Positions 55,496 through 64,000 of a stretch of 64,000 nt of DNA are shown here, piece after piece. Below the pieces are notes generated by a model that was not told where the DNA came from, did no database searches, and worked only from the letters and a program-made list of their open reading frames with translations. Made by a program: the position numbers and the translations under genes. This DNA comes from Candidatus Bathyarchaeota archaeon (GTDB lineage: Archaea > Thermoproteota > Bathyarchaeia > TCS64), in contig JAOZHP010000043.1 in NCBI GenBank assembly GCA_026014815.1, positions 11,931 to 75,930 of the forward strand. Reading direction: 5' to 3'. How positions within the stretch are numbered: position 1 is the stretch's first letter; every line of letters starts with the position of its first letter.

Positions 55496-56917
55496 TCATC
55501 TAATTCTAGCCATGCCGTCCAGTTCAGGCATCCATTCACCCATTCTTGAGCCCACACCCCAGTAATACGTTGGCCTGTAAAGGAACACCCACGGCGCATC
55601 ACGATGCACTGTCCTGTAGATCTCACGGTAGATCTCCTCCCGGGCGTCGTAGTCAAAAGTTCTCTGGGCTGTCCAGATGAGACAGTCAACCTCTTGGTTG
55701 TTATATCCCTGCCACCACGGTCCCCTTTGCCCTGAGTGAAGCTTCTCCCTTAGCACCCTGAAGGTGCTGCGGGGGCTGGAGTCGAAGCAGCAGAGATCAT
55801 GTATCTGTTTGTCTCTCACCATCTCAGCGTATGCAGGTCTGTCATGGTAACTCTTCACCTCCACCTCGACGCCGATCATGGAGTACTGTGTCTTCATATG
55901 TTCCGCTAACTCAGGAGCCTCATCAGGCATCGTCGTTGGGATATCCATCACGAGCTTCAAGCCGTCACGGTACCCCGCCTCAGCTAGAAAACGTCTAGCC
56001 TTATCCTGATCGAATACGTATGGCTTGGTTTCTGGATCGTAACCGTAATGATGGGGCGTCAGGTATCCGCTAAGCCTTGAAGCGGCTCCTTTCTTCACAT
56101 CCTTAATGACTGAATCAACGTCGAGACCGTGGTTAAGTGCCTGTCTAACACGCGTATCAGTACATGGCCCCTGCAGGGCGTTAAACATGTATATGATGCA
56201 TAGACCGCTTTCCCATGGCACCGCTTTGGCTCGGCCATCCTCCTCGATGACACTCTTACCTTCTAACCCTATTGTACAGCTGATATCAGCGTCTCTGTCC
56301 ACGACCATCTGAGCTCGCTCCAAGGCGTCAGGCACAGCCAGCCATGTGACCTCCTCCACCTCTGTTTTTTCGCCCCAGTGATCTCTGAATCTGGTCAAAA
56401 GCTGCTCGTCTCGTGTCTTCTTGGCTACCTGCCATGGACCTGTGCCGATGTACTCGTTGGGTAGCCGGTCTAGCTCGTCTTCGGGGCCGATGGGCATCTC
56501 CACAAGCAGGTCTAGCAGGTCCGCCATGGGTTCCTTGGTTACTATCTTGACTACGTTGCTTCTGGTTGCCTTGAACTCCGCGTCCCCGATGTAACTAGCA
56601 TAAACGCCTTGGGTACCGTACGCTCCACCGATAGCTGGATCAATCACTCTATTCAGGGATGCAACAACGTCTTGTGCCCCCATAGAATCCCCGTTGTGGA
56701 ACTTGACGTCATCCCTCAACTCGAATGCCCATGTCAATCCATCCGACTCAACGTTCCATTGCCGTGCAAGAGAAGGAATGAATCTGCCTTCATCGTTCCT
56801 CTTTACGAGTGTCTCGTATACAGAGTAAACGATGTTGTTCCTGTTACTGGAGTCACTACAAATATGGGGATCACCCGTAGCGACAGATGACTGCGCCACA
56901 GATACCTCGGATGCCAT
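55496..56917 (-). CDS. family-5 (peptide/nickel type) solute-binding-protein homolog lacking a signal sequence
   Basis: 473 aa. SBP_bac_5-like N-terminus ...DPHICSDSSNRNNIVYSVYETLV. No hydrophobic leader and no adjacent permease genes. Confidence 0.65.
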   Translation of the reverse strand: MASEVSVAQSSVATGDPHICSDSSNRNNIVYSVYETLVKRNDEGRFIPSLARQWNVESDGLTWAFELRDDVKFHNGDSMGAQDVVASLNRVIDPAIGGAYGTQGVYASYIGDAEFKATRSNVVKIVTKEPMADLLDLLVEMPIGPEDELDRLPNEYIGTGPWQVAKKTRDEQLLTRFRDHWGEKTEVEEVTWLAVPDALERAQMVVDRDADISCTIGLEGKSVIEEDGRAKAVPWESGLCIIYMFNALQGPCTDTRVRQALNHGLDVDSVIKDVKKGAASRLSGYLTPHHYGYDPETKPYVFDQDKARRFLAEAGYRDGLKLVMDIPTTMPDEAPELAEHMKTQYSMIGVEVEVKSYHDRPAYAEMVRDKQIHDLCCFDSSPRSTFRVLREKLHSGQRGPWWQGYNNQEVDCLIWTAQRTFDYDAREEIYREIYRTVHRDAPWVFLYRPTYYWGVGSRMGEWMPELDGMARIR

Positions 56918-56948
56918 GAAACATGATCAGTCTAGTTCATTAAGAAAC

Positions 56949-57548
56949 TTAGGAAAAATCCTTCATGTCAGTCGGCTTCTCCTGCTCGGCTACCTCCTCA
57001 AGGCTCCTACCAGTCTTCACCGATTCAGGTCTCTCCACGAGGATATCAGTACCCGGCATAGCCTCCTCGTCCTTCATCTTAAAGAACAGCCACCTTGGCT
57101 TCTTACCGCCACCCGTCCTGAGAATAGCGAAGCCTCCTCTCAGTTTCTCGCCTTCAAGCCACACCGTGGCGTGGCCCTCCTCCAAGTTCTCTCCGAGTGA
57201 GACCTCGTCGCCTTTCAGGTTCCTGTAGGTGCCTGAGTCCCATACGATGACCGTGCCTGCCCCGTAATGTCCCTGAGGTATGACGCCCTCAAAGTCATGG
57301 TACGCCATGGGGTGATCCTCGGTTGGCACGGCGAGGCGCTTCACCTTGGGGTCCATACTGGGTCCCTTCGGTACAGCCCAAGACTTCAGGACACCACCAG
57401 ACTCCAGCCTAAGATCATAGTGGAGATTCCGAGCGGCATGTTTCTGAACCACAAAGATGAATGACCTCCTCCCAGTTATCTCGCCTTCCGGTTCCGGCGT
57501 CTCCCCGAAGTCCCGTTTCTCCTTGTACTCCTTGAGAGAATCAGACAT
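56949..57548 (-). CDS. stand-alone LigD-type 3'-phosphoesterase domain protein
   Basis: 199 aa. FVVQKHAARNLHYDLRLE...LKSWAVPKGPS. Confidence 0.8.
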   Translation of the reverse strand: MSDSLKEYKEKRDFGETPEPEGEITGRRSFIFVVQKHAARNLHYDLRLESGGVLKSWAVPKGPSMDPKVKRLAVPTEDHPMAYHDFEGVIPQGHYGAGTVIVWDSGTYRNLKGDEVSLGENLEEGHATVWLEGEKLRGGFAILRTGGGKKPRWLFFKMKDEEAMPGTDILVERPESVKTGRSLEEVAEQEKPTDMKDFS

Positions 57549-57598
57549 AGTATAGTCTAGGGAGAGAAGCTGGTTAAAAGTTTAGAAAAAAGATGAGG

Positions 57599-58468
57599 TT
57601 ATGCGTTAGCCATCTTCTTGCCAACCATGCTGGCAAGACCTCTGGCCTGTGCGTTCGCCTTCGCGATAAGCAGCTCGACGGTGTCCTTGGTAGCCCACTC
57701 CGCTTCCATGGCTACGGCCCTCGCCTGCGCGATTGCCTTCGCTAGGATGATCGGCGCTGTCTGAGGCGTAGCGTACGCTGCCTCTACTGCTACCTGGAAC
57801 GCTTTTCCGATGGCCTGCTCCAGCTTGACCCGGTACTCGTCTAGGTCTAGTAGCAGTGCTTCTCCGGGAATCACGTCTCCCTTCTCGTACACTGCCTTCA
57901 CTCTGAGGCTCATCTCTGCGGCCTTGACGCCTAATCGTTGAAGGAGGTCGGCTAAGTCCTCGTTAATTGCCTCACCCGCCTTACAGGCTGTTGAATCCAG
58001 TGTGACCCAGATGTTCCCTGCCTCGATCCTTGTCCGGATGCCTAGGACACCGAACTTTCCGATGAGGGGACCTGGACTCAGGCCGGTGTTACCGGCGGAG
58101 ATGACAATGTCGGTTAGTGCGATGTCTCCCGGCTTGGCGAACACCTTTACCTTGTTCTGGTCTAGCTCCATGGCTACCTTGAAGGGGTTGCCGTTGGTGA
58201 ACATGAAGACGTTGGGGCCCGCGACCTCATTCATGAATTCGTCGCTGCCCACTTTACCTGCCTCCTCCATGCTTTTACGCATCAAGGTGTTCTTGAGCAC
58301 CTTGAACTGGAGTCGGCCTCTTAGCTGTTTCCTCATGTCCTGAAGCATGGCGCTGTTAACCTTGTTCAGGTCAGCGGCTGCTATGATATCGTACTGTTTG
58401 AGAAGCTCGACGGTCTCCTGAACTTTCTGATATTTCTCTTGTGGAATATGACTGGACATAGCATTCAC
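57599..58468 (-). CDS. rplP0: ribosomal stalk protein uL10 (P0), short form
   Basis: 289 aa. Sits in the L11-L1-L10 cluster with an L10 N-domain. Ends ...AQARGLASMVGKKMANA without an acidic tail. Confidence 0.85.
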   Translation of the reverse strand: MNAMSSHIPQEKYQKVQETVELLKQYDIIAAADLNKVNSAMLQDMRKQLRGRLQFKVLKNTLMRKSMEEAGKVGSDEFMNEVAGPNVFMFTNGNPFKVAMELDQNKVKVFAKPGDIALTDIVISAGNTGLSPGPLIGKFGVLGIRTRIEAGNIWVTLDSTACKAGEAINEDLADLLQRLGVKAAEMSLRVKAVYEKGDVIPGEALLLDLDEYRVKLEQAIGKAFQVAVEAAYATPQTAPIILAKAIAQARAVAMEAEWATKDTVELLIAKANAQARGLASMVGKKMANA

Positions 58469-59113
58469 CTAGTATACCTTGACGGAGTCGCCCATGGTCA
58501 GCTTCAGGAACACTGTTTTAATGTTCGCAAAGCCTCTCTTCGTCGCTTCAGTCACGTTGGTGATGACTGCCTCGATGTTCTGGGCGACATCTTCGTCGCT
58601 CATATTCTCCTTTCCTATAATGCAGTGAACAAACGGCTTGTCACTGCTTCTCAGAACAACCATTCGGCGCTCGCGTTCAATTATGTTATCTATGGGTGCC
58701 TGTGGGGGAACAGGGGTAGGCATCTTTCCCCTTGGACCCAAGATAGGACCTGCGACACGACCTACTGTTGGCATCATTGGTGCCTCAGCGACGAACACAT
58801 CATAATCTGCAAGCCGCTTCTTGGCGGCTTTCTTGTCCGTCGCAAGCTGGTCAAGTTCAGCGGGCTCAATGACTGCATCCGCTCCTGCCCTCCTTGATCT
58901 CAGCGCTAGGTCGCCCGAGGCGAACACGAGTACCTTCCGGCCCCCGATGCTGTTAGGCAGCTGGACCCGGACGTTGACTCTGTTATCAGGCTTGTTCATG
59001 TCGAGCTCCCTCAGGTTTATGACTAGGTCGAAGCTCTGCTCGAATTTACGGGCAGGAGACGCCTCCCTGGCCTTCGCGACTGCGTTCTCTAATTGTTCCC
59101 TTGGGATTGACAT
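58469..59113 (-). CDS. rpl1: ribosomal protein uL1
   Basis: 214 aa. FDLVINLRELD...VRVQLP pattern and cluster position. Confidence 0.9.
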   Translation of the reverse strand: MSIPREQLENAVAKAREASPARKFEQSFDLVINLRELDMNKPDNRVNVRVQLPNSIGGRKVLVFASGDLALRSRRAGADAVIEPAELDQLATDKKAAKKRLADYDVFVAEAPMMPTVGRVAGPILGPRGKMPTPVPPQAPIDNIIERERRMVVLRSSDKPFVHCIIGKENMSDEDVAQNIEAVITNVTEATKRGFANIKTVFLKLTMGDSVKVY

Positions 59114-59155
59114 TTTGAGTTCTCCTCAATCTCACATGAGATATGATTTAAAGGT

Positions 59156-59644
59156 TTATTCTGCCTCCGCTAGCTGGTCGTCGTACTCGCCGGCTAGGAT
59201 GGCTTCTTGCACTTCTTTGCCGGGTCGTCCCTCGATGGTGACTCCGGCGCTCTGGCATGTGCCTAATACTTCTCGTACAGCGGTCTTGAGACTCGTAGCG
59301 AAAATTCCTGGACGTTTCTTCTTGGCGACTCCGATGAGTTGCTCAAAGGTCATGTCCGCCACGTAGTTGCTGTTGGGCTCACCGCTGCCCTTGGTTATTC
59401 CAGTCGCCTGACTGATGAGGGCGAAAGTGGTTAACATTCCAACCTTGATCTCGAATTGTCGTGTGTCTGTGTCGATGATTACGTCTACTGGGATTGGCAG
59501 TCCGTCGTATTCAGCTGTCTCTTCGTTGATCTTGTTGACGATGGCCATGATGTTTACGCCGAGTGGGCCAAGGGCCGGTCCAATGGGTGGGCCACCTGTG
59601 GCCTTGCCCGCGTTGACGATGAAGTTTAAGGTCATTTCTACCAT
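59156..59644 (-). CDS. rpl11: ribosomal protein uL11
   Basis: 162 aa. AGKATGGPPIGPALGPLGVN motif. Confidence 0.9.
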   Translation of the reverse strand: MVEMTLNFIVNAGKATGGPPIGPALGPLGVNIMAIVNKINEETAEYDGLPIPVDVIIDTDTRQFEIKVGMLTTFALISQATGITKGSGEPNSNYVADMTFEQLIGVAKKKRPGIFATSLKTAVREVLGTCQSAGVTIEGRPGKEVQEAILAGEYDDQLAEAE

Positions 59645-60099
59645 TATTTTATTACTCCTTTCAGTTCTCGGACATAGTCAGCGTGTACAGTGATAGGCAA
59701 AGTAAACGCCGCCTCTAGTATCTCGATGGTTACCTCCTCCTTGGAGACATCCACACGGACGATACGTGCCTGCATTCCCTTGAAGGGCCCCGCGATCACT
59801 TCGACCAGGGTTCCTTCTTCTAGGCCTTCTACTACTGGCTTGGTCTCTATGTAGTGGTCAACCTCATCCGGGCTGATGGTGCCCTGCACACGTTCACGGC
59901 TGTGACGCATGCCACGGATTAACTCATCAACGATGTGTGGCGTACGCGCCTCGATGATGACGTATCCCTTTAACTCAGCTGGCGCCAGAATAGCGGCTAT
60001 CTGCAGTCCCTCAACCTTGGCCTTGTCAGCCAGCATGAGAGCTACGGTACGCTCCTGACCATTCGTAACCTTTACCGCGTAAAGGGAAGTTCTTATCAT
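59644..60099 (-). CDS. spt5: transcription elongation factor Spt5 (NusG)
   Basis: 151 aa. NGN domain plus KOW (VEVIAGPFKGMQARIVRVD). Confidence 0.85.
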   Translation of the reverse strand: MIRTSLYAVKVTNGQERTVALMLADKAKVEGLQIAAILAPAELKGYVIIEARTPHIVDELIRGMRHSRERVQGTISPDEVDHYIETKPVVEGLEEGTLVEVIAGPFKGMQARIVRVDVSKEEVTIEILEAAFTLPITVHADYVRELKGVIK

Positions 60100-60466
60100 T
60101 CTTTCGGATAATTAGACCACGCCCGATGCACCATGCTTTGTGACCAGCAAAGATATTAATATTCCTAAAACTGGAGTAAGGGAAGAAATATAAAACCCGG
60201 TAGTGCATAACTGATGCCGGTGAAAATACATGGGAGTAATGTCAACTTTAATGTCATTGGTGGGCTACGAAACACACGACACAGCCCTTCTATTATTCGA
60301 GTTTGAGGAAGTCCTGGTCGTAGCCCTGGGCTTCATGTTCGTCCTCATGTACCTATTCTACGTTAAGTACCCCTACAACAAGAACATCGAGTAAACTCGC
60401 TTCCTTGACAATATACCTGATTACTGGCTTTATCACTGCTAACAGGTTTCTGAGTCAATCAGATGA

Positions 60467-60658
60467 TTAAGCTATGGCTCCGCCGCCCTGCAGCGTTACC
60501 GAGATCAACCGGATAAGGAATCCAACAGCGCCGAGTGCACCGATGCCGGCGAACACTATTTTGATGCTCATCCAGTAGGTCTTCCAGTCGGGACGAGTAA
60601 GTGTCCTTAAGAGCCTGTCCGCGGACTGGATGAATTCGTTGAATCCCATGTTGTTCAA
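60467..60658 (-). CDS. secE: protein translocase subunit SecE/Sec61-gamma
   Basis: 63 aa with a single C-terminal TM. Position upstream of spt5. Confidence 0.75.
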   Translation of the reverse strand: MNNMGFNEFIQSADRLLRTLTRPDWKTYWMSIKIVFAGIGALGAVGFLIRLISVTLQGGGAIA

Positions 60659-60687
60659 CCCATCTACCTGTGAATCCTAGTTAAAGT

Positions 60688-61599
60688 TTACGAATCTCCC
60701 AGTATCTTCTCGGCGAACCACTCAGCGTCGAAAGGCTGCAGGTCCTTGTATTCCTGTCCCACTCCGATGTATATCACAGGCTTCCCTGTGAGATACGAGA
60801 CGCTCAGGCTGCTTCCACCCTTGGCGTCCGCGTCCACCTTGGTAAGGACAGCCGCGTCGAAGCCTACTTGGTTGTTGAAGGTCATCGCCTGCTCTGTTGC
60901 GTCGTTGCCTACGAGGCTGTCAAGTATCATGATGGTGAGTTTTGGTTGAACCACACGTTTAACCTTGATCAACTCGTCCATGAGGTTCCTGTTTGTCTGC
61001 ATCCTGCCAGCGGTGTCGATAAGTACAACGTCTATGCCCTGTGCTCTGGCGTGCTCAACGGCGTCAAAACCGACAGCAGCCGCGTCTGAGCCATACTTGT
61101 GGCGAATTACACGAACGCCGAGGCGTCTGCCATGCTCTTCAAGCTGCTCAATTGCCCCGGCTCTGTAGGTGTCCCCTGACGCGAGGACGACGCTGTACCC
61201 TTTCTCCAGCAACAAGTGGGTCAACTTGGCTATGGTGGTGGTCTTGCCGGTGCCGTTGATGCCCACGAACATGACGCTGAAAAGTTCTCCGCGTTTCTTG
61301 TGCTCCGCCGCCATCTTCAAGAGGTCTAGGTCGTGGCTGCCGTTCATCACAGCCTCCAAGCTCTCTTTGAGTGTCTCCCTCACCTGTTCAGACTTGTCTC
61401 CGAAACGGGGAGCGCCCTCACCTAGCAGCCTGTCTTTTAGCTCGCTGCAGACCTTTTCGGCTATCTCGACGCTAACGTCGTTGCCGATGAGCTGTAGCTG
61501 TAGATCCCATAGAATGGGCTCAAGATCTTTCTCTGTGAGACCTGTGTTGCTTATTTTGTTGACGATGTCTTTGAGGCCTTGGCGGAGCTTCTCGAACAT
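60688..61599 (-). CDS. ftsY: signal recognition particle receptor FtsY
   Basis: 303 aa. GINGTGKTTT, DTAGR, TKVDADAKGG. Confidence 0.9.
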   Translation of the reverse strand: MFEKLRQGLKDIVNKISNTGLTEKDLEPILWDLQLQLIGNDVSVEIAEKVCSELKDRLLGEGAPRFGDKSEQVRETLKESLEAVMNGSHDLDLLKMAAEHKKRGELFSVMFVGINGTGKTTTIAKLTHLLLEKGYSVVLASGDTYRAGAIEQLEEHGRRLGVRVIRHKYGSDAAAVGFDAVEHARAQGIDVVLIDTAGRMQTNRNLMDELIKVKRVVQPKLTIMILDSLVGNDATEQAMTFNNQVGFDAAVLTKVDADAKGGSSLSVSYLTGKPVIYIGVGQEYKDLQPFDAEWFAEKILGDS

Positions 61600-62043
61600 T
61601 TAGACTGCACCTTGAATGGCGTTCTGGATTTCCATTGATAACCTTTCCGCCATTCCTTGATGAGACTCAAGCTGGGCGAGAATCTGGCCTAGCTGCTCCT
61701 GTACGCTGGTCTGTGCTTTATCCATCTCTTGGAGGCGTTCAGTGATCTCGGTTATCGCCTGATCGTAGCTCATCTCCACCGAGGTATTCGCTCCGATGTT
61801 GATGATCACGTTGCCTATGTCACCGAGCTGCGCGTTCATGAACACGCCGCCGCCTATGGGCACCAGCATAGGGTTACCGGAATCAACGTTCCTTAGGTCC
61901 CTGAGACTGTTTTGGGCAAGTCTTGTCTCAGCGATGGTGGCGGCGAGCATCTGCCTCCTCTGCTCCAACGTCTGGACCGATGTCTCCATCATCCTTATCT
62001 CGGAGACGAGTCTGCGAAGCTGCCTTTCCTTATCCTGAGACAA
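61600..62043 (-). CDS. pfdA: prefoldin alpha subunit
   Basis: 147 aa. Coiled coil, beta-hairpin, coiled coil (VPIGGGVFMNAQL). Conserved position next to ftsY. Confidence 0.8.
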   Translation of the reverse strand: MSQDKERQLRRLVSEIRMMETSVQTLEQRRQMLAATIAETRLAQNSLRDLRNVDSGNPMLVPIGGGVFMNAQLGDIGNVIINIGANTSVEMSYDQAITEITERLQEMDKAQTSVQEQLGQILAQLESHQGMAERLSMEIQNAIQGAV

Positions 62044-62048
62044 TGAGG

Positions 62049-62249
62049 TTACTCCTCAGGAGTGTGTTCCTCTACGCTTTTGATGGTTATCTCGTAACGC
62101 TTTGCGCGGTGACGGCTCCCCATCTCCGCGAAAATACGCTCAACGGCGTGCTCCTGCTTGGCCGCTGAGATGATCTTATCGAAGGTGAGAGGCTCGAAGA
62201 ACTTTTTCTTGTTTATCTCTCCTTTGATCCTGTACTGCTTGACGCTCAC
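62049..62249 (-). CDS. rplX: ribosomal protein LX (L18Ae/eL20 family)
   Basis: 66 aa. YRIKGEI...FEPLTFDKIISA...EHAVERIFAEMGSRHRAKR. Confidence 0.75.
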   Translation of the reverse strand: MSVKQYRIKGEINKKKFFEPLTFDKIISAAKQEHAVERIFAEMGSRHRAKRYEITIKSVEEHTPEE

Positions 62250-62509
62250 TGCTCTGCCTCCGCAAGGTTTACAGTTACTACGCCTTCGCTGTCCCTTGTC
62301 ATCCTGACACGGATCTTCCGTGGGGGGTTCCTGATGCCTCTAGCCCAGATAGCCTTGTTCACGGATTGGTCGATTATGATCTCGGTTGGCTTCATGTGGC
62401 GCTCAGTGAATTTTTTGAGGACCATCATTGCCTTCTCTGCTCGGCGATATTTCTGGGCGACCCAGGCACGGCCGAGAGGGACTGTGTAAATTCGCTCTAA
62501 TTCAGACAT
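62246..62509 (-). CDS. rpl31e: ribosomal protein eL31
   Basis: 87 aa. RIYTVPLGRAW...KAIWARGIRNPPRKIRV. Confidence 0.85.
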   Translation of the reverse strand: MSELERIYTVPLGRAWVAQKYRRAEKAMMVLKKFTERHMKPTEIIIDQSVNKAIWARGIRNPPRKIRVRMTRDSEGVVTVNLAEAEQ

Positions 62510-62522
62510 TCACGGGTTCCTC

Positions 62523-62681
62523 CTATGCTCTTAGCTTCCTGTTTCGCCAGTTTCTTCTGCTCTTTGGGCTCCACCTGACGTCACCCTGTGTCTTGGCGAT
62601 TATCCAGGCGGGCACCGATTTCTTAGACTTACCTGCCTTCGCGAGGCGAAGCTTGTAAGCAAGGTGCTTGTTTCTAGCCAT
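62523..62681 (-). CDS. rpl39e: ribosomal protein eL39
   Basis: Hand translation (below the ORF-track size cut-off): MARNKHLAYKLRLAKAGKSKKSVPAWIIAKTQGDVRWSPKSRRNWRNRKLRA. Confidence 0.85.
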   Translation of the reverse strand: MARNKHLAYKLRLAKAGKSKKSVPAWIIAKTQGDVRWSPKSRRNWRNRKLRA

Positions 62682-62683
62682 TT

Positions 62684-63025
62684 TCATATTCTCCTAATTG
62701 TTATGTCCCTTTTCGCCTGCTGGCTCTGTATCTGAGCGAGCAGCTTCTTGAGTAGCTCGTCGTCGATAGGTAGCTGCACTCGTCCGCTCTGAGCGATCTG
62801 TATGAGCTGCATCTCTAGCTGAGTCGCGAACTCTGGCCTTACCATCTTGACGTTGTGGAGTCTCTGTCTTGCCTCAGGGGTGAGGATTTTTCGTATGAGT
62901 GCCTCTTTCTGGGCATCCACTGCTTCAGCTTGGGCTCTGGCGGCCTGCTCCTGCTGGCCTTGCTGTGACTGCATCTCAGCCATACGCCTTTCCCTTAACC
63001 TCTGAAGCTCCTCGTCTGATGACAT
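62684..63025 (-). CDS. PDCD5/TFAR19-like DNA-binding protein
   Basis: 113 aa. LQRLRERRMAEMQ...ILTPEARQRLHNVKMVRPEFA... Confidence 0.75.
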   Translation of the reverse strand: MSSDEELQRLRERRMAEMQSQQGQQEQAARAQAEAVDAQKEALIRKILTPEARQRLHNVKMVRPEFATQLEMQLIQIAQSGRVQLPIDDELLKKLLAQIQSQQAKRDITIRRI

Positions 63026-63035
63026 TGACTTTCAC

Positions 63036-63491
63036 TTAGTAATCTTTCAGCTCTGGACGATCTCTGTCCAAGTCGCGTTTTATCTGGGTGGACATCGCGT
63101 CTAGCAGGCTTCTGCCCTTACCTGAGACGTTCCTACCTTTGGCGTCGTCTTTCTGGGCGAGCCCTGCCTGTTCAAGCTGCTGTAGGATTGACCTTATGAT
63201 GTTTCCACCAGCCTTCGCGAAGTGGGCGGGTCTTACGCCTCTCCTCTTCCTGCCCCCGTACTCTTTCCTGAGTCTACTTACTCCTATGGGGCCGTTCATG
63301 TAGATCTTTCTGAGGATGCTGGCACTTCTCACGTACCACCAGTCAGGGTTCTGAGGCACCTTTTCCACGTGGCTACCAGTTTTCACGTATCCGGACCACT
63401 CGGGCGGAGTGAGCTCCCTTATGTTCTCCTTGAAGTAGCCTGAGAGCTTCTCGATTAGTACGTCGGCTGGTACGTCGTATGCGGTTGTCAT
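63036..63491 (-). CDS. rps19e: ribosomal protein eS19
   Basis: TAYDVPADVLIEKLSGYFKE...PEWSGYVKTGSHVEKVPQNPDWWYVRSASILRKIY. The start is placed at the internal Met (MTTAYDV) of track ORF 63036..63536. Confidence 0.85.
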   Translation of the reverse strand: MTTAYDVPADVLIEKLSGYFKENIRELTPPEWSGYVKTGSHVEKVPQNPDWWYVRSASILRKIYMNGPIGVSRLRKEYGGRKRRGVRPAHFAKAGGNIIRSILQQLEQAGLAQKDDAKGRNVSGKGRSLLDAMSTQIKRDLDRDRPELKDY

Positions 63492-63893
63492 TTTTCTTCT
63501 TTTCCCAGATTGTTTGAACTTCTGCAGTACCGACATATATACCTAGTCTTTCCTGCAGGTTCAGCAACTCTTAACCACATGATTGAAATAAAAAAGTTTG
63601 GCTAACCCATTTTATGTATGGATTCTTTGGGTGAATTAACGGCTGCCCTATTTTTTGTTGTTTGATTCCTTTTTTCAGGTGTTTTAACGTGTATTTTACC
63701 GACACAGATGGATGCATAAATAATTAAAAAAACCATAGACCAGCGTCACGGTATTGACTGTTTTATGTAAATTTATATTGGTGGTTACCAATAGTTAACA
63801 GATATTGACATAGCGTATACACTGCGTTTACATACATTATCACATTAAGGTGATATTGAACTAACGCGAATAGCATCCTAAGAGGGCTTAAAG

Positions 63894-64000
63894 ATGAAAA
63901 GAAGAAACGTTGTCGTACTCATCGTTCTAGTAGCTATGGCGTTGATCACCACAACCCAAGCGTGGACTATCACAACCACCACACAAGAGATGTCACTCTA
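63894..64000 (+). CDS. secreted or membrane protein, 5' end only
   Basis: The ATG at 63894 gives MKRRNVVVLIVLVAMALITTTQAWTITTTTQ..., a signal-peptide-like N-terminus. Truncated by the window end. Confidence 0.4.
   Translation, partial: MKRRNVVVLIVLVAMALITTTQAWTITTTTQEMSL

Noticed and set aside
60230-60394. A 54-aa plus-strand ORF with one TM helix between spt5 and secE.
   Set aside because: It has no motif and lies opposite to the surrounding operon. It cannot be distinguished from a chance ORF.

Overview
Archaeal chromosomal segment, identified from the e-type ribosomal proteins S19e/L39e/L31e/LX, the P0-L1-L11-Spt5-SecE block, Cbf5, prefoldin alpha and a class III RNR. No database search was possible, so all calls rest on motifs read directly in the translations. 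Hand-located coordinates may be off by 1-2 nt. (1) 1-22.5 kb holds ordinary metabolic and regulatory genes: GGT, M42 peptidase, a hybrid receiver-PAS-histidine kinase, an aminotransferase, FAH, an aldo/keto reductase, creatininase, MFS, nitroreductase and a VOC epimerase. (2) 22.6-38.4 kb is a mosaic accessory island built downstream of an intact tRNA-Gln(UUG) (38367-38442, minus strand). At least seven same-orientation, variously decayed copies of the tRNA 3' part divide it into modules. The modules carry VapBC, HEPN-MNT, two degraded copies of a helicase-less HUH (rolling-circle) Rep, an OLD-family ATPase-TOPRIM protein next to a PD-(D/E)xK-like protein, a TIR-domain protein next to a 4-TM protein, a membrane-anchored transglutaminase-like protease with GY repeats, and a PH-SHOCT protein. 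No tyrosine or serine recombinase gene is visible. The 27.9-38.0 kb part is visibly AT-rich compared with the flanks. (3) 38.5-64 kb is housekeeping: GNAT, YhbY, tandem Lrp/AsnC genes, Cbf5, YcaQ-like, NrdD, a PadR-controlled ABC exporter pair, VOC paralogs, LigD phosphoesterase and the conserved archaeal ribosomal/SRP superoperon. Best candidates for undescribed biology: the OLD + PD-(D/E)xK pair, the TIR + 4-TM pair, and the Rep-bearing but integrase-less elements stacked at tRNA-Gln. A further oddity across the window is a recurrent in-frame TAG in otherwise intact conserved-domain genes.
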